A DNA stretch of 64,000 bases, taken from positions 41,750,533 to 41,814,532 of the forward strand of contig NC_083432.1 of the NCBI RefSeq assembly GCF_020745735.1, in the 5' to 3' direction. Of this stretch, positions 1 to 11,764 are shown piece after piece. The position numbers were made by a program, and so were the translations under genes. The stretch is from Hemiscyllium ocellatum. Its lineage: Eukaryota. The first letter of the stretch is position 1; each line of letters begins with the position of its first letter. The notes beneath the pieces were generated by a model, which saw only the letters and a program-made list of their open reading frames with translations, was not told the DNA's origin and did not search any database.

Positions 1-469
1 TGTCACCACAAAACTCTCAGAAAGTACGTCCCAGATTCTAATCACTCACTATGTAATGAAGCTTTGCCTCATGTCGCTGTTGTTCACTCTACCTTTTATT
101 TGACATCATTGCCCACTGGTTCTTGATCCTTCTGCCAACAGGAGCTGTTTATTTTGGTCGATCTGTTGAAACCCCACATTATTTTGGATGCATAAATTAA
201 GTCTCCTTTCAACTTTTCCATCTCTGGGAAAGTCTTAGCTTCACCAATCCATCTACATAACTGACATTCCCTCATCCCCAGAACCATATGATATTGATCT
301 GGGAATATATGTATTTTGGCCAAGGACAATTGGGAAAACTCTGGTGTTTTTCTTTGGAATAGTGGAAAAGGGTCTTTTACATTCATCAGAGCAGCCAGAT
401 AAGGATTCGGTTTGACATCTCAGCCAAAAGATGGCACCTTGAGCAGTGCAGCACTCCCTCAGATCTTAA

Positions 470-2410
470 TACCTGTGGAGCAGGTGGGACTTGAACTTCC
501 AAGCTCAGAGATAGGGACACTACCATTGCATCACAAGAGCCCTTTAATGGTTTCTATCCAGGTATTCTCAACTCAAGCTTGTTCTGGGCTCTTATTTCAC
601 ACCTCTGGAGCAGGTCGGACATGAACCTCCTGGCTCAGAGTTAGAGTTGCTACAGTGTGCCACAGGAGCTCCTTCTTTCCTTTTAAGATTGACCGATTTC
701 AATTCCTTCCAATTGACCTATTCTGAGTTGATATTACACATCCATGAAACAGATGAGACTTGAACCAGAGCCTCCTCGTTCAGAAACAAAAACAGGAATT
801 GCTGGAAAAGCTCAGCATGTGTGGCAGCATTTGTGGAGAGAAATCAGAGGTAATACTTCAGGTCCAGTGACTCTTCCTCAGAACTAATGGTAGCTATGAA
901 AATGCCAATTTATATGCAGAAGGTAGGGCAGGGTAGACAGGGTAAGAAATAAATGAGAGAGAAGAACAATTGGACAACAGCATGTACGATGACCTGGCTC
1001 GGAGGGTGAATGGCTGTTAACAGGGACTGTTAGTGGATAACAATGGGTTGTGTGTAATAGCAGACCATGTGGTAATAAGGCCTGGTGTGTGGGGTCTGGG
1101 GTAAAGACATGGGAGAACTTAAGCCCTAAAGTTGTTGAACCTGATATTGAATTTTGAAAGCTGCAGCGTCCCCAAATGGAAAATGAGTTGGTAGCTCAAA
1201 AGCAGGGACATTACCACTGTGTAACAACAGCCCTTTCCTTCTTTTTTTGCAACTGTGTTCCACAATTTGCTCTGACTAAACATAATTCCGTTTACTATGT
1301 TACCTTTAAAAGAAAATCATTGGAACATGCAGATCATGACCAAGGCCTGCATTGTTTCCTATCCCCAAATGTTCATAAGCAGGCCTGCTCATTGGACCAT
1401 TTCAAAGAGCAGTTAAAAGCCAACCACGTAACTGAGCGTCTGGAATATATATGGGACAAACTGGGTAAGGATGGTAACTTCCATCCTGCAAATAAATAAG
1501 AGAACGAGATGGGTTTTTACAGTAGTTGTCATGGCCACTATTCTTGAGAATAGCTTTCAATTCCAAATTTGATGAATTGAAATTAAATTCCACCAGTCAC
1601 CATGGTGAGGTTTGAAATCAGTTTCTCAGAACATTAATTTGGGTCTCTGGATTACATTGCAGTGGAATTAATACAGTTCCACTGCCTTACTTCTTCCATG
1701 ATCAGTGTCTGTCCCAATGCAAGTTCCTCACTGTCTGCACTGTCAACATGATGCTGTCTCCAAGCAGTTGACTTGTTCAAATTAAATGGAGCCTGCTAAT
1801 ATCCTACCAAAAGTGTGCTGCCAAAATGTGCAATTGGGGACTGCAGTCTGGTTTTTATTTTTTAATGATTCTACACACGTCTGGAGACGGTGGGGCTTGA
1901 ACCCAGGCCTCTTGGTCCAGGGGGTAGGGACACTACCATTGCATCACAAGAAGGGCCCCAGCTCTTCAGGTGAATGCATCCCCAACTGAGCTATTTCAGC
2001 TAGGCTCGGTGTAGAGGCTGTTTTTAAAAGTTTTTCCACTTATTTAACCTATTTATCTAATCAGCCTGTCCAGAGATGGAGCAGGTGGGACATGAACCTG
2101 CTGCCTCAGAGGGTCACTACACAGCCACCACAAGAGCACCTTCATGCCGTTTTAAAACATTTTCCAACTGACCCTTTCTGAGGTGATACTGCACACCTCA
2201 GGAACGGGTACGACCTGACCCAAGGACCCCTGGCTCAGAGGCAGGGACATTACCACTTTGACATGAGAACCCTTTCATTGTACTTGAGTTTGTTTTTCAA
2301 TTAACCTACTTTTATAATCGGGCTGTTGGGAGATGTGCTGACACACCTCTGGAACAGGTGGGATGAACACGGGCCTCCTGGCTCAGAGACAGGGACATTA
2401 CCACTGCGCT
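470..2410 (-). repeat. Cluster of ~7 co-oriented tRNA-derived SINE-head units
   Basis: The unit cacctctggagcaggtgggacttgaacc...gctcagag..agggacactaccactg...cacaagagc recurs at ~470, 598, 735 (split), 1873, 2075, 2190 and 2340. The minus strand carries A-box-like and B-box-like (GTTCAAGTCC) motifs. Confidence 0.7.
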
Positions 2411-2530
2411 CCATTTGATTTTGACTGTCGAATATAGTCGAAATAGTCTCTTATTTTCAAAGCTAACAGGGGTTTTCTTTTATTTGCGGCCTTTGGGGAG
2501 ATGTGGGGGATTAGACAGAGAAGGACTCAC

Positions 2531-2540
2531 CCTCCGCCAT
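2531..2540 (-). CDS. 10-nt coding first exon (ATG GCG GAG G) of a gene continuing beyond the left edge, possibly LRRC46
   Basis: Kozak-like acaATGG followed by G|gtgagt inside a CpG island (2480-2830), 11 nt from an RFX X-box. Identity is inferred from synteny only. Confidence 0.55.
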
Positions 2541-2550
2541 TGTGTCCTCC

Positions 2551-2565
2551 GTTGCCCCTGGCAAC
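2551..2565. promoter_or_regulatory. RFX X-box GTTGCC-CCT-GGCAAC in a CpG island
   Basis: Exact match to GTNRCC(N0-3)RGYAAC with perfectly inverted half-sites. Confidence 0.7.
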
Positions 2566-5417
2566 CGCCGGGCCCGGACAATCAAAGAGAGCGCAAACCG
2601 CCCAAGAGAATCCCCCCTGTGCCTCCTTTGGTGTCGGAGAGTGCTCAGGCGCACACCCTAGTGGCAGAGCCCGCGCACCGCTTCCAACTCAGCCGCCCAC
2701 GAAAAGTTTCTCGGAACTCCGTCCAACTCTAAAGAGCAGTACTGGACAGGACGCCGGGAGTGACCGCTGACAGATAAATCGATGGAAAAGGTAGCGAAAG
2801 CAAAATTCCTCGAGGTCGCTGGAGGTGGCAGGACAGGTGGAGAGAAGTATATGGGAGAAAAGCAGGAGTTTGGCACAAGGTAATGAGACTCATTTAATGA
2901 GCTAGTGCAGGCACAATGGGCCAAATGGCCTCCTTCTGTACTGTACAGGTGGAGAGAGCAATAAAGAAAGTATTCTTTCTCCTTGGCTTTGTTACTAATC
3001 AGAAGTCGCAGGTTGTAGTCCAGCAGACTTATTTGAAATCACTTTCTAAACGATGCCCCTTCGTCAGGAGCACGAAGAGTAACAGAGCAAGGAGGTGATG
3101 CTGAACTGGCTTTACACACTTGCTTCACTTTAGCTTGAGTACAATGTACAGTTCTAGGTGTCGGTGATTCTGAAAACTGAGTTAAAGAGTTCAGGTGGAT
3201 AACCCTTCAGTAAAATTTATTTTGGTCTCAAACTGATTGCTCAGAGAATGATAGAAAGGATGCGAACGTGTTGGAGAGGTTTACAAGGACACTTTCAGAG
3301 ATGAGGAAATTTTGACACGGGGATGGATTGAAGAAGTTGGAACTATTCCCCATGAAAAGGCAGATGAGAGGAGATCCAATTAAGGTATTCAAACTCGCGA
3401 GAGGGCTGGATATGTGCGGAGAAACGGTTCTCTCTCCTAAAAAGAACAGGCGGAGTTAGTGTATGGAATGTGCTGCTTGAAAGTGTGGTGAAGGCAGGTT
3501 CAGTTGAGGCGTTGAAAAAAAAGTCATTGAATGATTATTTGGACAAAAGTAAGTATATGGGAGGAAAGCAGGAGTTTGGCACAAGGTAATGAGACTCATT
3601 TAATGAGCTAGTGCAGGCACAATGGGCCAAATGGCCTCCTTCTGTACTGTATTACTTTTGTATTTCAATGATTCTGAAAACAGAGTTAAAGTTTCATGTG
3701 GATAACCCTTACAGCAGAATTTATTTCACTCCCCTAAACTCCGATTGCTCAGAATGACACCAGTACCGAAATGTTTATAATCAGAAAAAATCTTGGGTGG
3801 TGGTAAAACAATTTTACTTGGAGCATAAAAATGTGGGCAAAACTACAGGATAAGCCTACAAGACCACTTCACACAATAAAACAAAAAGGAATTGGAAACA
3901 GATGGAGTGAAAAATCAGGAGAGAGACCAGGGAAGGTTGACTGGCACCCAGAGATAATGAGAACTCAGCCTCAAAACTTTGGCAAATCCAGTTGAAGATC
4001 ATTTGCTGCATTTCTTTTGAAGACTCAGTGAGCCAATGCTGGAAAGAAAAGTCTGTGTTGAGTGCCACGCGTGGAGTTGTCCCTCGCCAATAATGCAGGA
4101 TTTTCTCTGCTGACGCCTGGTTTGCAGAGTTGGTGTCTGCCTTGCAGCTTCTGAAACCACATGTTGTCATGATCGCAAATTCCTACCACAGCTGGTTGGC
4201 ACCTCTGTCTGTGTTGCTTTTCAGCTAGAGTTTCCCCACTTGTCACAACTGATGTGGAGAGCTTTCATGAGGAAGATTAAATCAGGAGAAAAAGCCCAAA
4301 GCAAAAAGAGAGAAAGCAGGAGATGAAGGGATGGAGTGAGGATAGCATGAATTAGGAGCAACAGCCAGTCAATCTGACCATGGCTGCTTCTCGACCCCAT
4401 TTTCCCAACCACCTCCCCAATCCTTTGATTCTAAAATTCAACAATATAAACCATAGTTTTAAATACTCAACAGAGCTTCCGCAATAGACTAGAAGGTTTG
4501 AGTTATAAAGGAGAGGCTAGGACATTTTTCTGTGGAGTGGAGGAGGCTGAGGGGTGAACTTGTAGCAGCTAATAAAATTATGAGGAGCATAGATAAGATG
4601 AATAGCCAAGATTTCTTCCCCAGATTAGGAGAGTCCAAATCTAGATGGCATAATTTTAAGGTGAGACAGGAGACATTTAAAAGGGACCTGAGAGGCAATG
4701 GTTTTACAAAAGGGGTGGTGCAAATATCGAATGAGCTGGCAGAGGAATTGGTAGAAGTAGATACAATTACACCATTTAAAGACGTTTGCACAGATACATG
4801 GATAGGAAAGGTTGAGAGGGAAAATGGGCTAAATGCTGGCAAATGGGACTAGTTCGGTTTAGGAACCCTGGTCAGCATGGACAAGTTGGCCGAAGGGTCT
4901 GTTTCCAAGCAGCATGACACTATAAAAGATTTACAAATCTTTGAAAAGAATTTTTTAAAAAGTCAACAATTTTTCAGGGATGATCTAACAGATACCTTTA
5001 AGATTATAGAAGACATCTGACAGGATAGTGTAGCTGCCTTTCCATTTGTTAGGGTGGTGGTAGACCTGAACTGGGGGTCATGAATGAAAGAAAAAGCTAA
5101 GTAGTCATCGATAAATCCAATATATAATTCAGAAGAAACTTTCTTTATCCAGCAAAATGGTTAGAACGTGGACCTTCCTTTTGCAGTCGAGTTGACTAGT
5201 GGAAAGTTTTCCCAAAGGAGACTGGACAAATATAAAAGAAAATATTAAAAGCAAATACAGATATGGTTAGGTGAAGTCAGGTCTGAGGAGGCTTGTAAAG
5301 TATGACTTGTTTCTGGGCTACAGAATCTATGCTTTTTTTTATTCTTCTTAAATCAAAAGGAAGAGTGTTTCTTAGCACTAATTCTAGGGTGTTATGATAG
5401 CTGATCATATAAGTCAA

Positions 5418-5705
5418 ATCATAGGATCCCTAAAGTGTGAAATAGGCCATTCAGCCTATTGAGTCCACACTGACCCTATGAACAGCATCTCACCCAGACC
5501 CACTCTTCCTCTCCCATCCCTGTTACTCTGCATTTTCCATGGCCAATCCACCTAGCCTGCCCATCTTTGGACTGTGGGAGGAAACCGGAGCACCCGGCAG
5601 AAACTCACGCGGGCATGGGGAGAATGTTTGTGTGAAGTTCGCACAGTCGACTAAGGCTGGAATCGAACCTGGGTCCCTGGCGCAGTGAGGCAGCAGCTGT
5701 GACAC
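5418..5705 (-). mobile_element. HE1-like V-SINE
   Basis: tRNA head, V-domain and tail. Confidence 0.8.
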
Positions 5706-7769
5706 CCGTGATCTACACCAAGAAACAACCTCATTGTAGACCTGGAATCTCTCTAGTCTGAGAGCTAGCGCCACACTAATTTGCTAAATGAATTGCCCAA
5801 TATTTTATTTCAAGGGTGAGGAAGTTCCCAGTGAATAAAAATACTATTTACCCCACTCCTGAAGCTATTGTGTCCCTTTAAAATAAAACATTTGTACAGT
5901 CATTTTTGTAATTTATTAGTTAACAGCATCATAAATAATACAGAAACATTTCACAGTCTGTGACAGAGTAACTTCACTTGGCTGTTCTCAGAACATTTTT
6001 CTAACACATTTTTCATTAGACTTGGTATTTATTGCACACCACAAGTTATGCCAACATTTTCTTTGACATAGTCTTAAACTAACATGTATTTTTCCTTCCC
6101 TTTGTCTCACATTCTAGTCTACAAAGAGGGAAAGGGTATTATTCATCTGTATTGCTCACATAATGCAGAACAATGGTTGGCATTTTGACATTTACCAATA
6201 ACGGCTCATTTCTATGCTTTGAAACCCTAAACCTTGCTTGAAATCCATGGTGCAACGCAAGCTTGGAGCTCTCATTTTTGTAGATTTAACCATTTTCTAT
6301 TCTCTACTGTTAATGCATGCATATAAATTTCTGTCTTATTTGCATTAATTTGTATGTTACCTCACTTGCAGCAGGTGTAAGTTGGGTTAAAAACAGTTCA
6401 GGTAGGAATTGGAGGCAAGCACATTACCCCATTCACTGAAAATGCAGGGCAAGAGAAATTAAAAACCTTTCAAAAGGGTTGGGTGCCCATTTTTGCACAT
6501 TCCAAAACAATTCCAGCAAATCAAAAGGCAGCTCAAATTCTTTTTGCAGTAAATTACAACTCAGTTGGAAAAACATAATGCATTTTGGGGAGGAGATAGA
6601 AATGAAGTGGACAGTTTCAATATATATTTTTTTGAAATTGTATTTCAAATTTTAGAAATGTTCACAGTTCACTCTAATAAGGGGAGTTTCTGGCCCTAAA
6701 ATCTCTAGAGTTAACACTGCTTCATTAAGATCATGGAGGACAAGGGTGATTGTAGGGGTGATTCCAAATTTATGACATGATTGGAATTCTTTGCCTGATG
6801 ACTGTGCCCTGCGGAATGTTAAAGGATGAAACAAAAAAAAAAGTGCTCCTTTTTGTCTCTAACCAAAAAGGCAGTAAATGGAGTCACAAGTGCAACATTT
6901 CCAAGCATGTGACCATCTCAAGATGATTTGTTTGGTGAGGGCATTAATTACAGGGGGCAAAATAAAAAAAGGCCATCTCCTGCTCTTCGTTAAAAGAGGA
7001 ATTTCACCCCCACAGAACTGGAGACAGGGAGACGCCAGTAAGTGTATGTTTTCAACATGCAGGATTATACGGCAATTTAGTGGATTACACTTCCCCTTTA
7101 ATTAATTCTGTAATATAAATGGCCTCTTAAGACTCAGGATCCCTTTAAATTGGATATACTGTACAATTTTCCCTTCGCTGATGTCAGATCAGTACCAAAC
7201 AGGATTTCAAATAGAATATTATAAGGTTGAAATAAGTACAGTCTGGTTAAAACTGTACAACCAGCCTTCAACTTAACTAGCCAAGCTTTTTCTTTTTAAA
7301 TATAAATGATAAATAAATATAAAGACCACCATTTTAGCAAATAAAATTGTGTGTCCTTCAAATGTGGCAAAGTAAGATTTTTTTCTGTCAAACTGCATCA
7401 ATTTTCTATATTTCTTCTGAAGTCTCTCCCTGGTCTCTCCCAAAGGCTCTGGCTCTAAATGAAAATTGGGATTATTTAGAGGGAAGGGTGACTCATATTT
7501 TTCTTTTCTGCAAAACAAAGTGTTTCAGCTTGTAAACATCAGGGAGAATGCAAGAATTTCAAACAATCGCAAAGATGTATACTACACAAAAACAGGGTGC
7601 TGATCAGTTGGCTGGTCAACTCTATTTGATAAGAAAGCCAAGTGCCTTTGTTTGAACTTGGAAGTATATAGCTTCCATGTTGCTTTCTCCATGGCAATGC
7701 ATTGGCCAAGCAGAGTTATCATCCAAACCAAATCAGCAGCTTTTCCCATGACTCATGAAAAACTAGAAT

Positions 7770-8672
7770 CCAAGTTCAGTTGGTAATAGCAAAGGCAAAT
7801 GGAATGTTGGCCTTTATTTCAGAGGGAATGGAGTACAAAAGTCAGAGATTTTGCTACAACTCTCCAAGGTACTAGTCAGGTCACCTGGGAATATTGCGAA
7901 CATTTTTGGGCCCCATTTGTAAGAAACGATATACTGCCATTGGAGGCATTCCAGTGAAGGGGAGAGAGACAATGACCTAACAGTAGTAGTGCTGGGCTGT
8001 TAATCCAGAGACCCAGCTAGTGTTTGGGAACCTGGGTTCAAATCTCACCATGGGAGATGGTGGAATTTAAATTCAATTTTAAAAAAAAGAGAGTCTGGAA
8101 TTAAGAGTCTAATGATGACCATGTATATTGCCTTCCTTACCTGGTCTAGCCTCCTTGAAATTAGGGTTGGGCAATAAATGCCAACCTAGTAGTGATACGC
8201 TTATCCCATTTGAATGAATAAAAAAAAATTCATTGGTTTGATTCTTGGTTTGGATGGACTCTGTGGAGAAGGTCAAGTAGATTGGGCATGTACTTATTGA
8301 ATATAGAATAAGGAGGGTTCACTTTTTTTCAAGAATACAAAGATTCTTCAACACTTGATGGGGTACCTGTGGAATAGTTACTTCACCTTGTGGATGAGTA
8401 TGAGAATAAGAGGGCGTGCATTTAATAGAGACATTAGTAAATATTTTTGAGGGCTGTAAATCTGCAGAATTCTTTAGCACAGAGGCTGTTGAAGTTGGCT
8501 CACTATGTTCATGCAAGGCTGAGACAGATATTTTTAATCAGTAGAAGGAATCAAGGGTTCTGTAGAAAACACAGCAAAGTGGAATTGAGAGTTTTCAGAT
8601 CAGTCATGATTTCATTGAATGGCAGAGCAGACTCAAAAGGCTGAATGGCCCACTTTTATGTCTATGGTCTTT
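7770..8672 (+). mobile_element. Older CR1-clade LINE fragment interrupted by a SINE
   Basis: Decayed KANGMLAFI.RG.EYK-like segment and 3' UTR. Similar fragments at 3250-3660, 27390-27700 and 46735-47370. Confidence 0.7.
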
Positions 8673-10399
8673 CTGTATGTAGTATAAAACCATGATAATT
8701 TGAAATTTGGTATTCTTGCATTAGTCCTGCTGAGTCCAATACAAAGAACTTTCACCACATGTTTCGCTTATCTAAAATATTCAAGTTTTGTACAACCAAG
8801 CCTTTGTTTCAGTTGTTCCAAGGCCCTCCAACCCTCAAAATAACTGCAACAGTGTTTGCAAATTTAAAACATTAACATAACAGAAAGCAACCACAATACA
8901 CAAAAGCAAAAGAATCCAGGAAATCAGAAATAAAAACAGAAATTACATTAAGCAATCAGGTCTGGCAGCATGTGTCATGGATGATTTCTCACACAAACAA
9001 TGCCTTTACATTGTTTTAGAGTATTTTCTATTTTTGTTTCAGTAAGTACCAACCATTAAAACAGATCAAGACTTGCTCCATCCCTTACACCAAATTACCA
9101 CAACTACTCACTGGACACACACGGGCCACAGAATTGAAGATCAAGACTCCAAATAATCTCTGCAACAGCGGAAAGACAACATTAAAAACAGTCTTAAAAA
9201 AAAAGAATAACTTGACCTGTAAAGGACAGATAGGCAGCATTTCATTTAAAATGCAGTCTTTTTCCCCTTTATCTTTCTCCCCCATGCCTCACCACCCCAA
9301 TTGTTGCAGGACACCAATACAAGCCTATACTTCACCCACTTGAAAAGTCTTTTTGCCCATGACTGTGCAATGAATGGCAGTAAGTTATACAAGTTTGCAG
9401 AGGAATTATGTTCACACCTGGGCATTTTCAAGCAGCACTCATTCAATGTCATTTACGAGCAAGATTCGAGGCACGGTTCTCTTTCCATGACAGGACATGA
9501 GACAATTAAACATCTTGATTTTCATTTTTTAAAAAATTAAAGTCAGACTGTCAGCAGGGACAGTGACTAAAACTGGCGTTTTCCCAAACCCATCTGTACA
9601 AAGCTGCTGCTTCATGCAGTAACCCTATATTTTTAGATAAACTTCCAGAGGGAAGAAAGAGGATATTTTTAAGAAATTACTGGACCAATTTAAACACCAG
9701 CTGAATAGGGCATTGCTGTCATAGCAATATATTTCATAGAACACATTACTAAAGTAAGTGAACACTTAAGTAACTTTTTTCAAAAACAGTAATCACAGCT
9801 CTATTAATTTTAATGAAAAATGTCTCAGTTTGTGGATTAATGTAACATTTCTCAGCTCATGGCCGCCAACGTTAGATTTTAGGTTATTCCTGGTCTACAG
9901 TTGCCTGAACACACAAATATTGCCTAATATTAATAAGATGAACACAGTTGATTTGAAATCACAAACCTAAAATCTGTTTTAAGCTGATTATTCCCAACAT
10001 TAACCTACTGTTTAGTGGGTCACGTTAATTAGCTTTAATTAGGAATAGCTGTGTTAAAACTCTACAAAAGGGATACTTTCTCTTGAAATGGAAGCATATC
10101 TCAATACTTATTTCGCTGCCAATCAGCAATGACAAAAGACGATTTTTCCATTAGTTAAAAATCAGTATATCAGCAAATCCACAGGCAGGGGAGAGAGTTT
10201 TCAACAGATATGGTGAGGCATTTGTGTATGCATGAGTCACATTCAATGGCTTCAAGCAAGATATCCATTTGCTTTACTTTCTCTGGTCAATGGTCCAACA
10301 GTTGATTGACCACAATCTTCAAATTAAAAAAAAAAGTGGAAAGAGATATATTAAGAGGGCAACAGAAGGAAGTTAAACACTTTTTTCTTTGATAAAAAC

Positions 10400-10578
10400 T
10401 GAAAGACCTGCAAATCCGAAAGAAAAACAGAAGTTACTGGAAAAGCTCAACAGGTCAGGCAGCATCGGAGGAAAGAAATCAGAGTTAATGTTTCGGTCCA
10501 GTGACCTTTCCTCAGAATCATTCTGAGGAATGCTGACAGACGTGCTGAGCTTTTCCAGCAATTTCTGTTTTTGTTTCA
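10400..10578. mobile_element. Palindromic Penelope-like element, family C
   Basis: aaaacagaagttactggaaaagctcaacagg and its reverse complement. Other copies at ~783-1190, 16325-16420, 25645-25860, 39100-39295, 49985-50110, 50875-51035, 51160-51385, 53215-53370 and 62265-62430. Confidence 0.65.
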
Positions 10579-11605
10579 TTCATTGATAATTGAAAATTTC
10601 TTGACATACAGAAACTCTCTCATTGTTCTTCCTTTTAAATTGTATTCAGTAGAGTTGCTTATGACACTTTATCCCTCCTAGTTTCTCTTACTTGGGGGTG
10701 GCAATTCATACTAAACATTTTTCTATTCGGCTCTGGTAACTTTCCTTCATCTTGTCCTGTTCTGTCCAGAGAGACCGACAGATTCAGACAGTTGGGTAAC
10801 CAGAGCACTAATGAACTGTGTGGTTTAAAAGACTCCGTATGCAAAGAAGTTACACAAAAAGCCCAGATGACTCATCTCTTACAACCATCCATCAAATCAT
10901 TCATTAATATGAATCATCACCCACAAAATTGCATTTGATCTGGGATCTTTCAACATTGTGAACAAATTTTAAAAGGCATAGCAGGATTACAAGTAATTCT
11001 TCTGATAATTAACTGGAATTCTGTGTGTTGATCTTTAACAATTTGTCTTCGGAGACCAATTCCGAATTTTCTGTTTTTGTGAATCAGTTTTGGATAAAAT
11101 ATAATAGCCACATTAAAACTGGAATCATCTCCTCGATTGCAAGTTCCTCAACACATTATTTGATCTGCAGAACAATTGTTACATAAATCGTGAATATGAA
11201 ATTTCAGATTTGCATAGATGCATATACTTTATTGGATTCCCATTTCTTACACTGATTCATATCGACTTTAGGTATGGCTGTACTCTAATTTAATTGGCAA
11301 AACTGCTGTAGATGAATATCAGCAAAATGAGTACATGTTTAGATCTAACTCCCAGAACACACTCAAGAAAGAAGCTCCTGGAATTATATACACAACTATG
11401 GTATACTGTCAAGACTCATTGGATAGTCAACAGACTGGATTACTCCAAATGATTCCTTCCAATTCCAACTGCAGTATACATTTCCAAAATGCACCCTGTG
11501 CAAGGACAGTCCCCAAGCTGGATTTGAAACACACTGTACATAACAAATTATTAACAGAGTGAGAATTACCTAAACCGGATTTGCAGCAGTTTCATACTTG
11601 ACAGT

Positions 11606-11764
11606 TTATTTGTAAAATTTGATCTCTGTGTCAACACAATCAAAGAACAGATCAGTCATCTCCTCTGGATCAAACGTTCCTCCACTAGTCAGCATGTTTT
11701 TGATTGCATTCAATGCTTGTCGCTCAAGGTTTTGCATGGTCTGGTGCAACTTTGCACCGTCCTC
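11606..11764 (-). CDS. SCRN2: Secernin-2 last coding exon (EDGAKLHQ...DLFFDCVDTEIKFYK*)
   Basis: tttcag|GAG acceptor, phase 0, TAA stop at 11606-11608. The spliced CDS totals 1299 or 1302 nt with no frameshift. Confidence 0.93.
   Translation of the reverse strand, partial: EDGAKLHQTMQNLERQALNAIKNMLTSGGTFDPEEMTDLFFDCVDTEIKFYK

Noticed and set aside
470-2410. Possible tRNA genes or a CRISPR-like repeat-spacer array
   Set aside because: Units are diverged SINE-like heads with no convincing cloverleaf, spacing is irregular, and the context is eukaryotic with no cas genes.
7679-7700. X-box-like ttctccatggcaat
   Set aside because: An imperfect match that appears to lie within a decayed repeat, away from any promoter.
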